A stretch of 64,000 bases of DNA from the human T2T-CHM13v2.0 reference genome, Homo sapiens, in the NCBI RefSeq assembly GCF_009914755.1, contig NC_060947.1. One strand, 5' to 3'. A program made the position numbers and the translations under genes. Under the pieces are notes generated by a model. It worked only from the letters and a program-made list of their open reading frames with translations. It ran no database searches and was not told where the DNA came from. This document shows positions 25,480-39,467 of this stretch, piece by piece. Numbering within the stretch: position 1 is the first letter of the stretch; the number at the start of each line of letters is the position of its first letter.

Positions 25480-25799
25480 ACTGTACAAGTAGTACCAGCT
25501 TCTGCTTCCTGCGAGGCCCTCAGGAAGCTTATAACTATAATGGAAGGCGAATGGAGAGCAGGCATGTCACATGGTGAGAGAGGGAGCAAGAGAGAGTGAA
25601 GAAAAAGTGCCACACTCTTTTAAACAAACATCTTGCATGAAATGAGTGAGAACTCACTCATTACCTTGAAGACAGAACCAAGTCATTCATGAGGGATCTG
25701 CTCCCATGAACAAAACACCTACCCGTAGGCCCACCTACACCATTAGGGGTCACATTTCAGCCTGAGTTTTAAGGAGGATAAAACATTTAAACCATATCA
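25480..25799 (-). mobile_element. MST (MaLR) LTR, partial
   Basis: ctcaggaagcttata..gcaggcatgtcacatggtgagagagggagcaagagag..aaccatatca. Confidence 0.88.
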
Positions 25800-26271
25800 G
25801 CAATAAATATAGAGGAAGAGTAAGCCTTCTTATTGGAAACCCTTCTGTGTTAAGGGTGGAAAGAGAAAAAAAGCTAAGGAGTGCCTAGTACTGAATATGA
25901 TAGCTTGGCTAGAAATACAGAAAGGAGCAGTAATTAACAAGGCTGTAAAAGTTAGAAATTAAGAATATAGAGGACCTTGAATGTCAGGTATATAATTTGT
26001 ACTTTTCTGTGGTGAAGTGAGCCAAGATGGATCATAAAGTTTGTGGAGATAAAAAAAGCTTATACAGATCTTGAGAAACAATATGACATAATAACAGGGG
26101 CAAAAGCCTGTTGGCAAGTAAACACTATTGTTTACTCATTCATTCTGAGATTTGGACTATCTAGATTAATTTCACAGACAGACACATGAATAATAAGAAA
26201 CATACAACAGGAATAGCTATGATTTATTCAATCCAACCATGTGAGGAGAACTTTATATGGATCATCATATT

Positions 26272-26388
26272 TAATTTTCTTTTCTTTTCTTTTCTTTCTT
26301 TCTTTCTTTCTTTCTTTCTTTCCTTCTTTCTTTCTGCCTTTCTTTCTTTCTCCCTTCCTTCCTTCCCTTCCTCCCTCCCTCTCTCTTT

Positions 26389-26431
<43 letters not shown>

Positions 26432-26601
26432 GTCTTTCTGTCTTTCTTTCTTTCTCCCTTCCTTCCTTCCCTTCCTCCCTCCCTTCCTCTCTCTCTCTTT
26501 CTTTTTTCTTTTCTCCTTCCTTCCTTCTTTCCTTCTTTCCTTCTTTCCTTCCTTTCTTTCCTTCCTTCCTTCCTTCTTTCCTTCTTTCCTTCCTTTCTTT
26601 C

Positions 26602-26643
<42 letters not shown>

Positions 26644-26673
26644 CTTTCTTTTTTCTTTCTTTTCTTTCTTTTC

Positions 26674-26732
<59 letters not shown>

Positions 26733-26746
26733 TTCTTTCTTTCTTG
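26272..26746. repeat. ~470 bp polypyrimidine tract, (TTTC)n/(TTCC)n, expanded Alu tail
   Basis: Almost pure C/T, directly abutting the 3' end of the antisense Alu. Confidence 0.97.
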
Positions 26747-27033
26747 TCAGAGTCTTGCTCTGTCACCCATGCTGGAGGCTGGAGTGCAGTAGCACGATCT
26801 CGTCTCACTACAACTTCTGCCACCCAGGCTCAAGCAATTCTCCTGCCTCAGACTCCCAAGCAGCTGGAAATACAGGCAAGTGCCACCACACCTGGCTACA
26901 TTTTGAAATTTTCAGTAGAGACCGGGTTTCACTATGTTGACCAGGCTGGTCTCGAACTCCTGAACTCAGGTGATCTGCCCACCTCGGCCTCCCAAAGTAC
27001 TGGAATTACAGGCAAGGGCCACCACACCCGGCC
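26747..27033 (-). mobile_element. Alu (AluS/J)
   Basis: cagagtcttgctctgtcaccc..cacacccggcc; TSD atcatcatatttaatttt / atcatcatactgatttt brackets Alu plus tract. Confidence 0.93.
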
Positions 27034-27171
27034 AGATCATCATACTGATTTTTTAAAAACAACCCCATGAGGTGGATACAATAATTAACCCCACTTTCCA
27101 GATGAAAAACAAGTACAGATAGTTTAAGTAACTTGTTCGAGAATATACAGCTAATAAATGACAAGGTCAGG

Positions 27172-27463
27172 ATTTTTTTTTTTTTTCGCAGTCTCACTCT
27201 GTTGCCCAGGCTGAAGTGCAGTGGCATGATTTGGCTCACTGCAACCTCCGCCTCCCGGGGTCAAGCTATTCTTGTGCCTCAGCCTCCCAAGCAGCTGGGA
27301 TTATAGGCGCCTGCCACAACTCCTGACTAATTTTTGTATTTTTAATAAAGACAGGGTTTCACCATGTTGGCCAAGCTGGTCTCGAACTCCTGACCTCAGG
27401 TGATCCACCTGCCTTGGCCTCCCAAAGTGCTGGAATTACAGGTGTGAGCCCCCGTGCCTGGCC
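27172..27463 (-). mobile_element. AluSx/Sz-like element inserted in a MIR
   Basis: Full dimer with perfect TSD AAGGTCAGGATTTTT (27163-27177, 27464-27478). Confidence 0.97.
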
Positions 27464-27999
27464 AAGGTCAGGATTTTTAACTCTAAAAATTGGAATTCAG
27501 AACTCATATGTTTAACATTGTATTACTGGCCTATGTATTACTATAATACAATGAATTTCATGGGAAATGTTCATACTTTTAAGATGCTCTTCCCTTGTAT
27601 CGAAAATAACTATACAATTAAAATGTTGTGATACTTGTATTTTTTTATATTTTCCAACATTCTGAATCTTTTAAAAATATACACAACTATAACTTGTCAA
27701 TTTACAATAATTTTTTAAAATAAACTAAAAATTCTGAACTCTCATTTTATTACACTCCTCTTTATAAATGCTTATTTTAATCTCTTGCATCACTGCAAAG
27801 TTGAGGATAAATGTGAATAAATATATTATAGTATGGATGCCCTCAGCCATAAGTACACACATTTGTATTTATAAAAACTAGAAAAATACATTGAAATGTT
27901 AAAATTTGTAACTTTTGAGAGACCTGATTATAGATAATTATTATTTTCTACTTTAAAATTTTCTGTTTTTTTCAAAACGTAAGCATACTATTTTTAATC

Positions 28000-28470
28000 A
28001 GAAAATGGTAAATATTATAAAGCGTGAGTAGTCAATAAGGTAAATAGAGAAAAACTACAATTGCTTCAGAACAAATAAAGGTTTTTGGATACATTTAAAA
28101 ATCCAACAAGGCAGAAGAGATTGTTCGTGCACATTAAATTACACAAAATGGGAGTGTATGTTTTGCAACATCCATGAAATGTTTATAAAAGTTGATTATA
28201 TACTAGGTAATAAAGGCTCAGATGCAAAAAGCAGGAATTACGCATATGACATTACATAATCAAAATTAGAATTAGGCCAAAAATGTAAATATTAGAAAAT
28301 AAAAAAGGACACAGAATAACCAACATGAGATAAAACTTGTAAAATGCTATGACAGATCTAATGCCAATGAATTTGAAAATCTAATTGAAATGGATGGTTT
28401 TCTGTTTCAAAGAATTATAAAAATAAAGCAAGAATAGAAAACTTGAATAATTGACTACATAAGAATTTTT
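28000..28470 (+). mobile_element. Ancient L1M ORF2 fragments
   Basis: aatgccaatgaatttgaaaatctaattgaaatggatggttttct..gaatagaaaacttgaata, degraded L1 ORF2. Confidence 0.55.
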
Positions 28471-29418
28471 CTTTTGAGTTACAGTCTAGTCTAGAATTTA
28501 TTTTTTTAATTTTATTTTCATTTTAAATTTTAGATTCAGGGGATTCAGGAAGTACATGTGCTGGTTTGTTACATTGGTATATTGCATGATGCTTAAGTTT
28601 GGGCTTCTGTTCATCTTATCACCCAAACAGTGAACATGGTATTCGGGAGTTAATTTTTCAACCATTGCCCTACTTTATCTCTCTCTCTTCCCTTTTCAAT
28701 TCTCCAGTGTCAACTGACCTAATCTTTATGTCCGTGTGAATCAATGATTAGCTCCCATTTATAAGTGAGAATATGCAGTATTTGGTTTTCTGTTTCTGAT
28801 TAAATTCACTTAAATTAATGGCCTCCAGCTGCATCCATGTTGCTGAGGATGATATGCTTTTGTTCTTTTTTGTGGCTGTGTAGTATTCCATATACAGTTT
28901 CTTTATCCAATCCACTATTGATGAGCACTTAGCTTAATTATATGTCTTTGCTATTGTTAATAGTGCTGCAATAAACATGTGAGTGCAGGTGTCTTTTCAT
29001 TAGAATAATTTATTTTCCTGTAGGTATATACCCGGTAGTGGGATTACTGGGTGGAATGGTAATTCTATGTTTAGCAATTTGAGAAATCTAGATATTGTTT
29101 TCTATAGTGGTTGTAATAATTTACATTTCCACCCACAGTATATGTGTTCCCTATCCACAACATCCATGCTAGCATATACTGTTTTTGAACTTTTAATTAT
29201 AGCCATTCTGACTGGTGTGAGATGAAACCTTATTGTAATTTTGACTTACAATTCTCTGATGATTAGCGCTATTGAGCATTTTTTCATATGTGTATTGGTT
29301 GCTCTTATGCCTTCTTTTGAGAAGTGTCTGTTTAAATCTTCTGCCTACTTTTTAATGGGGTTATTTATAGTTTTCTTATTGATTTGTTTAAGTTCCTTGT
29401 AGATCCTGGATATTAGTC

Positions 29419-30472
29419 TATCAGGGGAACCACCCCCAATATTTCAACATAGGTTCTTTCTATTTTCCCTAAATGTCAGCCGATCTGAGAAATAAAGAGA
29501 AAGAGTACAAAGAGAGGAATTTTACAGCTGGGCCACCAGGGGTGACATCACATATCTGTAGGTCTGTGATGTCCACCTGAGCTGCAAAACCAGCAGGTTT
29601 TTATTAAGGACTTCAAAAGGGGAGAGGGTGTATGAACAGGGTGTAGGTCACAAAGATCACATGCTTCAAAGGGCAAAAAGGAGAACAAAGATCACATGCT
29701 TCTGAGGCCAATAAAGATCACAAGGCAAAGGGCAAAGCAAAGATCACAAGGCAAAGGGCAAAATAAAAAACTCCTGATAAGGGTCTATGTTCAGCTGTGC
29801 ACATATGGTCTTAATAAACATCTTAAACAACAGAAAACAGGGTTCAAGAGCAGAGAACCGGTCTGACTTCAAATTTACCAGGGCGGGGTTTCCCAATCCT
29901 AGTAAGCCTGAGGGTACTGCAGGAGACCAGGGCGTATTTCAGTCCTTATCTCAACTGCATAAGACAGACACTCCCAGAACGGCCTTTTATAGACCCCCCT
30001 CCCCCAAGGAATGCAATTCTTTTCCTAGGGTCTTAATATTCCTTGCTAGGAAAAGAATTTAGCGATGTCTCTCCTACTTGCACGTCTGTTTATAGGCTCT
30101 CTGCAAGAAGAAAAATATGGCTCTTTTTGCCTGACCCCGCAGGCAGTCAGACCTTATGGGTGTCTTTCCTTGTTCCCTAAAAATCACTGTTATTTTGTTC
30201 TTTTTCAAGGTGCACTGATTTCATATTGTTCAAACACACATGTTTTACAATCAATTTTTACAGTTAACACAATCATCACAGTGATCCTGAGGTGACGTAC
30301 ATCCTCAGCTTATGAAGATAGCAGGATTAAGAGATTAAAGTAAGACAGGTGCAAGGAATTATAAAAGTATTATTAGGGAAGTGATAAATATCCATGAAAT
30401 CTTCACAATTTATGTTCCTCTGCCGCAGCTCCAGCCAGTCCTTCCGTTTGGGGTCCCTGACTGCCCACAACA
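29419..30472 (-). mobile_element. MER11 solo LTR (HERV-K11/HML-8)
   Basis: tatcaggggaacc..gggtccctgactgcccacaaca, 1054 bp, perfect 6-bp TSD TTAGTC; internal aaagatcaca repeats ~29650-29760. Confidence 0.95.
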
Positions 30473-31800
30473 TTAGTCCTTTGTTGAATGCATACTTTGC
30501 AAATATCTTCTCCCACTCTGTAGATTATATGTTTACTCTGCTTATAGTTTTTGTTTGTTTGTTTTGCTGTGTAGAGCTTTTTAGTTTGATTAGGTCTCAA
30601 CCGTCAATTTTTTGTTTTTCCTACATTTGCTTTTTGAGGATTAGTCATAAATTCTTTGCCTGGGACAATGTTCAAAAGAGTATTTGCTACTTTTTCTTCT
30701 AGCATTTTTATAGCTTGAGGCCTTAAATTCAATTCTTTAATCTATCTTGAGTTATTCTTTATATATGGTAAGAGGTAGAGGTCCAGTTTCATTCTTCTGT
30801 GCTATTTATTAAATAGGATGTCCTTTCCCCAGTGTTTATTTTTGTCAACTTTGTCAAAGATCAGTTGGTGTGGCTGTGTGTATTAACTTCTGGATTCTCT
30901 ATTCTGTTCCATTGGTGTACATGTCATTTTTATACCAGCACCATGCTGTTTTGATTTCTGTCACCTCTTACAGTAGTTTAAAATTGGGTAATGTGATGCC
31001 TCTGGTTTTGTTCCTTTTGCCTAGGACTCTTTGACTATGTGAGTTCTTTATTGATTCCATATTAATTTTAGAACTTTTTTCTAACTATGTAAAAGTGATG
31101 CCTATAATTTTCTAGGAATGCTATTGAATGTATTAATTCCTTTAGGATATTTTAATGATATCAATTCTTCCAATTAATGAGCATTATTGGCTATTGCAAA
31201 CGAGATTGCATTCTTGGTTTGCTTCTCAGCTTCAAAGGTATTGGTGAATAGAAATGCTAATGATATTTCTACATTGATTTTTCAACCTCAAAACTTTACT
31301 GAATTCGTTTATCAGGTCTAAGAGACTTTTGGCAAAATTACTAGGATTTTCTAGGCATAGAATCATATCATTAGTGAAAAGAAATAATTTGACTTCCTCT
31401 TTTCCAATTTGGATGTCTTTTATTTTTTCCTCTTGGCTGATTTTTTTCAGTAGGAATTCCAGTATTATATTCAATAGGAGTGATGAGAGTGGACAGCCTT
31501 GTCTTATTTCATTTCCTTGGTAGAATGCTTCCAACTTTGCCCATTCAGTATGATGTTGGTTGTGGGTTTGTCATAGATGGCTCTTATTCTTTTGAGGTAT
31601 CTTCATTCGACATTTAGTTTTTTTAGTGTTTTTAACATAAAGGATGATGGATTTTATTAAATATTTTTCTGAATCTATTGAGGAGATCTTATGGCTTTTG
31701 TTTTTAATTCTGTTTATGTGATGATTCACAGTTATTGACCTGCCTATGTGAAACCATCCTTGCATCCAGGAATAAAGCCTACTTGTTCATGGTAAATTAC

Positions 31801-34120
31801 TCTATTAGAACATTCTTGTATTGCTGTTAATATAAAGGAATACCCAAGACCAGGTAATTTATAAAGAAAAGAGGTTTAATTGGCTCCACAGATCCGCAGG
31901 CCATTGAAGAATCATGATGCTGGTATCTGCTTAACTTCTGGGAAAGCCTCAGAAAACTTATAATCATGGAAGAAGGCAAATAGGTAGCAGGCATGTCACA
32001 TGGCCAGAGCAGGGACAAGAGAGAGGGAGGGGGCAGGTGCTGCACACTTTTAAATGACTGCGTCTCACTACAACACACTCACTATTGTGAGAACAACACC
32101 AAAGGCAATAGTGTCAAACCATGAGAAATCATCCTCATGATCCAGTCACCTCCCATCAGGCCTCACTTCCAACACTGAGGACTGCAATTCAAAATAAAAT
32201 TGAGTGGAGACACAAATCCAAACCATATAATTCCATCACTGCCCCTCTAAATCTCAAGTTCTTCTCATGTTGTAAAATATAATCATGTATTTTCAATAGT
32301 CTCCCAAAGTCTTAAGTCATTCTAGCATTAACTCAAAAGCCCAAAACCCAATGTCTCATCTGAGATGAGAGTAGTCTCTTCCACCTATGAACCTGTAATA
32401 CCAAAACAAGTCAGTTACTTCCAAGGCAAGATTAGGTACAGGCATTGAGTAAATACTCCCATTCCAAAAGGGAAAAAGTCAAAAGAAAGGGGCTAAAGGC
32501 CCAATGCAAGTCCTAAATCCAGAAGAGCACTCAATAAATATTAAAGCTCCAAAATAACCTCCTTTGACTTCATGTCCCACCTTCAGGGCGTGCTGGTACA
32601 AGCAGTGGGCTTATAAGGCCTTGGGCATCTCTGCACCTGTGGCTTTACAGAGTTCAGACCTGGAGGCTGCTCACACAGTTGTTGAATCACTGCAACTTTT
32701 CCATGCTGAGGGTGCAAGCTCCAGTAGATTGCCAAGACTTAGATTCCCAAGACTCACCCACACTTGCACACTGTTCATTGATGATAGGCTTAACACCACA
32801 TGATAGCCTCCAAGGATTATGGCAGCCTTTGACCCCCGGAGCTACAGCCCAAACTGTATCTGGGCCTGATCGAGCTGACGCTGGAGCTGGAATGGCTGGG
32901 ATGTGGGGAACAGTGTCCTGATACTGTGTAGGGCAGCCAGGCCCTGAATGTTGCCGATGAAGACAATTTTTCCTCTTGGGCCTCAGGGCCTGTGATGGGA
33001 AGGGCTGCTGCAAAGGTATCTGAAATGCCTTCAAGTCCTTTTCCTCACTGTCTTGGATATTAACACTTGGCTTCATTTTGTTATGCAAATTTCTCTATTT
33101 AATAACTAAAATAACTGTGGAGTGCTAGCTCCACAGCCTGCTTGAATTTGTCTCCCAAGGAAGCATTTTCTTTTTCTACCACATGGCCACAGTACAAATT
33201 ATTCAAACTCTTATGCTCTTTTTCCCTTTTTAATATAAGACCAAATTTATGTCATTTATTTGTTCCTGCATGTGAGCATAGACTGTTAGAAGCAGCCAGG
33301 CTAACTCTTGAATGCTTTGCTACTTAGAAATTTCTCTCACCAGATACAATAAATCATCACTCTCAAGTTCAAAGTTTCATAGATCCCTAGGGTAGAGGCA
33401 CAATGCAGCCAAATTCTTTACTAAGGAATAACAAAAGTGATCTTTGCTCCAGTTTCCATTAAGTTTTTCACTTTCATTTGAGACTTCCGCAGACTGGACT
33501 TCATTGTCCATATCACCCTTAGCATTTTGGTCACAACCACTTACCAGTCTTGCAGATGTTCTAAGCTTTCCCTCATCCTCCTCTCTTCTTCTGAGCTGTC
33601 CACTCTTCCAAGCTCTGCCTGTTATCAAATTCCAAAGCTGCTTCCACATTTTCAGATATATTTACAGCAATACAGCAATATTTCATTCCTGGTACCAATT
33701 TTCTGTAATAGGCCATTCTTTCGTTGTTATAAAGAAATACCTGAGACTGGGTAATTTATAATTAAAAGAAGTTTAATTGGCTGATGGTTCTTCATGACGT
33801 ACAAGCATGGCACCAACATCACTTGGTTTCTGGGGATGCCTCAGGGAGCTTTTACTTATGTTGGAAAGTGAAGTGGGAGCAGGCACATCACATGGCAAAA
33901 ATAGGAGTAAGACACAGAGAGAGTGCCACATACTTTTTAACAATCAGATCTAGTGAGAATTTACTCACTAATGCGAGGACAGCAACAAAGTGATGATGAG
34001 AAACCATTTATGAAAATCTGCCCCCATGATCTAAGCTGCTCCCACCAAGCCCCACTTTCAACTTTGTAGATTACAATTCAATGTGAGATTTGGATGGGGA
34101 TACAGATTCAAACCATATCA
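31801..34120 (-). mobile_element. Full MST (MSTB-like) MaLR element: LTR 31801-~32229, internal, LTR 33704-34120
   Basis: Two homologous LTRs, MaLR internal sequence (ORF 33377-33649 resembles MaLR-int), TSD ATTAC/ATTAG. Confidence 0.9.
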
Positions 34121-34787
34121 ATTAGCTATTTATTGCACTACTGGATTTGGCTTGCTAATATTTTTTAAGGATTTTTGTGTCTGTGTTTATCAGAAATATT
34201 GGTTTGTAGTTTTATTTTTATGTGTGTGTTCTTGACGGTTTTGGTACCAGGATGATACTGGTTTCACAGAATGAGTTGGAGAAGAATTCCTCCTCCTTTA
34301 TTTTTGGAATAGTTCCAGTAAGATTGGTACCAGGTCTTCATTGTACATCAGGTAGATTTCAGCTTGAATATGTCTGGTCCAGGGCTTACTTTGGTTGTCA
34401 GGTTTTTTTTTTTATTATTATTATGATTGATTCCATTTTGCAAGTTTTTATTTGTCTCTTTAGGGTTTTAATTTCTTCCTGGTTCAATAACAGGAAATTG
34501 TGTGTTTACAGATTTTTTTTTTATGTTCTCTAGATTTTCTAGTTTGTGCAGAGGTGTTCATAGTAGTCTCTAGGGATCTCTTTCATCTCTGTGGGATCAC
34601 CTGTAATATTATATTTATCATTTTTAATTGTGCTTATTTGGATCTTCACATTTGTTCTTTGTTAATATAGGTAGTGGTCGATTTTGTTTATTTTTTCAAA
34701 GAGCAAACTTTTCACTTTATTGATTCTTTGTGTGTTTTTTCTGGTCTCAATTTTATTTAGTTCTGCTCTGATTTTGGTTATCTCTTT

Positions 34788-37700
34788 TCTTTTTTTTTTT
34801 TATTGTTATACATTAAGTTCTAGGGTACATGTGCACAACATGCAGGTTTGTTACATAGGTATACATGTGCCATGCTGGTTTGCTGCACCTATTAACTCGT
34901 CATTTGCATTAGGTATTTCTCCTAATGCTATCCCTCCCCCTTTCTCCAACCCCATGACAGGCCCCTGGGTGTGATGTTCCCCACACTGTGTCCAAGTATT
35001 CTCATTGTTCAATTCCCACCTATGAGTGAGAACATGTGGTGTTTGGTTTTCTGTCTTTGGGATAGTTTGCTCAGAATGATGGTTTTCAGCTGCATCCATG
35101 TCCCAGCAAAGGACATGAACTCATCCTTTTTATGGCTGCATAGTATTCCATGGTGTATATGTGCCACATTTTCTTAATCCAGTCTATCATTGATGAACAT
35201 TTGGCTTGGTTCTAAGTCTTTGCTATTGTAAATAGTGCCACAGTAAACCTACGTGTGCATGTGCCTTTATAGCAGCATGATTTATAATCCTTAGGGTATA
35301 TACCCAATAATGGGATCACTGGGTCAAACAGTATATCTAGTTCTAGATCCTTGAGGAATTGCCACACTGTATTCCACAATGGTTGAACTAGTTTTCACTC
35401 CCACCAACAGTGTAAAAGCATTCCTATTTCTCCACATTCTCTCCAGCATTTGTTGTTTCCTGACTTTTTAAATGATCACCATTCTAACTGGTGTGAGATG
35501 GTATCTCATTGTGGTTTGATTTGCATTTCTCTGACGGCCAGTGATGATGAGCATCTTTTCATGTGTCTGTTGGCTGCATAAATGTCTTCTATTAAGAAGT
35601 GTCTGTTCACATCCTTTGCCCACTTTTTGATGTGGTTGTTTGTTTTTTTCTTGTAAATTTGTTTAAGTTCTTTGTAGATTCTGGATATTAGCCGTTTGTC
35701 AGATGGGGAGATTGCAAAAATTTTCTCCCATTCTGTAAGTTGCCTGTTCACTCTGATGGTAGTTTCTTTTGCTGTGCAGGAGCTCTTTAGTTTAATTAGA
35801 TCTCATTTGTCAACTTTGACTTTTGTTGTCATTGTTTTTGGTGTTTTAGCTATGAAATGCTTGCGCATGCCTATGTCCTGAATGGTATTGCCTAGATTTT
35901 CTTCTAGGGTTTTTATGGTTTTAGGTCTAATATTTAAGTCTTTAATCTATCTTGAATTAACTTTTGTATAAGGTGTAAGGAAGGGATCCAGTTTCAGCTT
36001 TCTACATATGGCTAGCCAGTTTTCCCAACTTCATTTATTAAATAGGGAATCCTTTTGACATTTCTTGTTTTTGTCAGGTTTGCCAAAGATCAGATGGTAG
36101 TAGATGTGTGGTGTTATTTCTGAGGCCTCTGTTCTGTTCCATTGGTCTATATATCTCTTTTGGTACCAGTACCATGCTGTTTTGGTTACTGTAGCCTTGT
36201 AGTAGAGCTTGAAGTCAGGTAGCGTGATGCCTCCAACTTTTTTTTTTTTTTTTTTTTTTTTTTTGCTTAGGATTGTCTTGGCCATGCAGGCTCTTTTTTG
36301 GTTCCATATGAACTTTAAAGTAGTTTTTTCCAATTCTGTGAAGAAAGTTATTGGTAGCTTGATGGGGATGGCATTGAATCTATAAATTACCTTGGGCAGT
36401 ATGGCCATTTTCATATTTATTCTTCCTATCCATGAGCATGGAATGTTCTTCCATTTGTCTGTGTCCTCTTTTATTTCCTTGAGCAGTGGTTTGTAGTTCT
36501 CCTTGAAGAGGTCCTTCACATCCCTTGTAAGTTGGATTCCTAGATATTTTATTCTCTTTGTAGCAATTGTGAATGGGAGTTCACTCATGATTTGGGTCTC
36601 TGTTTGTCTTTTATGGGTATATAAGAATGCTTGTGATTTTTGCAGATTGATTTTGTATCCTGAGACTTTGCTGAAGTTGCTTATCAGCTTAAGAAGATTT
36701 TGGGCTGAGATGATGGGGTTTTCTAAATATACAATCATGTCATTTGCAAACAGGGACAATGTGACTTCCTCTTTTCCTAATTGAATACCATTTTTTTCTT
36801 TCTCTTTCCTGATTGCCATGGCCAGAACTCCCAATACTATGTTGAATAGGAGTGGTGAGAGAGGACATCTCTGTCTTGTGCCAGTTTCAAAGGCAATGCT
36901 TTCAGTTTTTGCCCATTCAGTATAATATTGGCTGTGGGTTTGTCATAAATAGCTCTTATTAATTTGAGATACGTTCCATCAATACCTAGTTTATTGAGAG
37001 TTTTTAGCATGAAGGGTTGTCGAATTTTGTTCAAGGCCTTTTCTGCATCTGTTCAGATCATCATGAGTTTTGGTCATTGGTTCTGTTTATGTGATGGATT
37101 ATGTTTATTGATTTGCGTATTTTAAACCAGCCTTGAATCCCAGGGATGCAGCCGACTTGATTGTGGTGGATAAGCTTTTTGATGTGCTGCTGGGTTCGGT
37201 TTGCCAGTATTTTATTGAGGATTTTCTCATTGGTTTTCATCAGGGATATTGGTCTAAAATTCTTTTTTTTGTTGTTGTGTCTCTCTCAGGCTTGGTATTA
37301 GGGTGATGGTGGTCTCATAAAATTAGATAGGGAGGATTCCCTCTTTTTCTATTGATTGCAATAGTTTCAGGAGGGATGGTAGCACCTCCTCTTTGCACCT
37401 CTGGTAGAATTTGGCCATGAATCCATGTGGTCCTGGACTTTTTTTGGTTGGTAGGCTATTAATTATTGCCTCAATTTCATAGCCTGTTATCGGTCTATTC
37501 AGAGATTCAACTTCTTCCTGGTTTTATCTTGGAAGGGTGTGTGTGTCCAGGAATTTATCCATTTCTTCTAGATTTTCTAGTTTATTTGTGTAGAGGTGTT
37601 TATAGTATTCTCTGATGGTAGTTTGTGTTTCTGTGGGATTGGTGGTGATATTCCCTTTATCATTTTGTATTGTGTCTATTTTATTCTTCTCTCTTTTCTT

Positions 37701-39467
37701 CTTTATTAGTCTTGCTAGTGGTCTATCAATTTTGTTGATCTTTTCAAAAAACCAGCTCCTGGATTCATTGATTTTTTGAAGGGTTTTCTGTGTCTCCATC
37801 TCCTTCAGTTCTGCTCTGATCTTAGTTATTTCTTGTGTTCTGCTAGCTTTTGAATTTGCTCTTGCTTCTCTAGTTCTTTTCATTGTGATGTTAGGGTGTG
37901 AATTTTAGATCTTTCCTGCTTTCTCTTGTGGGCATTTAGTGCTGTAAATTTCCCTCACACACTGCTTTAAATGTATTCCATAGATTCTCGTACATTGTAT
38001 CTTTGTTCTCATTGGTTTCAAAGAACATCTTTATTCTGCCTTCATTTTGCTATTTGCCCAGTAGTCATTCAGGAGCAGGCTGTTCAGTTTCCATGTATTT
38101 TTGCGGTTTTGAGTGAGTTTCTTAATCCTGCGTTCTAATTTGATTGCACTGTGGTCTGAGAGACAGTTTGTTGTGATTTCTGTTATTTCACATTTTCTGA
38201 GGAGTGCTTTACTTCCAACTATGTGGTCAATTTTGGAATAAGTGTGATGTGGTGCTGAGAAGAATGTAGACTCTGCTCATTTGGGGTGGAGAGTTCTGTA
38301 GATGTCTATTTTAGGTCTGCTTGGTGCAGAGCTGAGTTCAAGTCCTGGACATCCTTGTTAACCTTCTGTCTCATTGATGTGACTAATATTGACAGTGGGG
38401 TGTTAAAGTCTCCCATTATTATTGTGTGGGAGTCTAAGTCTCTTTGTAGGTCTCTTAAGACTTGCTTGATGAATCTGGGTGCTCCTGTATTGGGTGCACA
38501 TATATTAGGATAGTTAGCTCTTCTTGTTGAATTGATCCCTTTGCCATTATGTAATGGCCTTCTTTGTCTCTTTTGATCTTTGTTGGTTTAAGGTCTGTTT
38601 TATCAGAGACTAGGATTGCAACCCCTGCTTCTTTTTGCTTTCCATTTGCTTGGTAGATCTTCCTCCATTCCTTTATTTTGAGCCTATGTGTTTCTCTGCA
38701 CATGAGATGGGTTTCCTGAATACAGCACACTGATGGGTCTTGACTCTTTATGCAATTTTCCTGTGTGTGTCTTTTAATTGGTGCATTTAGCCCATTTACA
38801 TTTAAGGTTAATATTGTTATGTGTGAATTTGATCCTGTCATTATGATGTTTGCTGGTTATTTTTCCCATTAGTTGATGCAGTCTTTTCCTAGCATTGATG
38901 GTCTTTACAATTTGGGATGATTTTGCAGTGACTGGTACTGATTGTTCCTTTCCATGTTTAGTGCTTCCTTCAGTAGCTCTTGTAAGGCAGGCCTGGTGGT
39001 GACAAAATCTCTCAGCATTTGCTTGTCTGTAGAGGATTTTATCTCTCCTTCACTTATGAAGTTTAGTTTGGCTGGATATGAAATTCTGGGTTGAAATTTT
39101 TTTTCTTTAAGAATGTTGAATATCAGCCCCCACTCTCTTCTGGCTTGTTGTGTTTCTACCTAAAGATCCACTTTTAGTCTGATGCACTTCCCTTTGTGGA
39201 TAACCTGACCTTTCTCTCTGGCTGCCCTTAACATTTTTTCCTTCATTTCAACCTTGGTGAATCTGGCAGTTATGTGTCTTTGGGTTGCTCTCCTTGAGGA
39301 GTATCTTTGTGGTGTTCTCTGTATTTCCTGAATTTGAATGTTGGCCTGCCTTGGTAGGTTGAGGAAGTTCTCCTGGATAATATCCTGAAGAGTGTTTTCC
39401 AACTTGGTTCCATTCTCCCTGTCACTTTCAGGTACACCAGTCAAACTTGGATTTGGTCTTTTCACAT
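34788..39467 (-). mobile_element. L1PA (PA5-7-like), ~4.7 kb: 3' UTR, ORF2 and 3' part of ORF1; inactive
   Basis: ORF2 start MTGSNSHITILTLNVNGLNAPIKR (38841), RT pieces, ORF1 piece KRPN..GTKLENTLQDIIQENF; multiple frameshifts and stops. Confidence 0.97.

Larger units (their letters stand above)
28495..34787 (-). mobile_element. Old L1PA (PA15/16-like) host element, interrupted by MER11 and MST
   Basis: 3' end at ~28500; colinear ORF2 resumes after each insertion (ORF 31232-31534 [27 protein letters not shown] motif). Confidence 0.88.

Noticed and set aside
26186-27070. Long F/L/S-rich and K/E/R-rich ORFs (also 47768-48159)
   Set aside because: Artefacts of stop-free (TTTC)n tracts
29645-29765. 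aaagatcaca repeat array
   Set aside because: Intrinsic part of the MER11 LTR
36031-39465. L1 ORF pieces as active or domesticated genes (also 60862-62202)
   Set aside because: Fragmented by frameshifts and stops; the RT motif reads FANDM in the 36 kb copy
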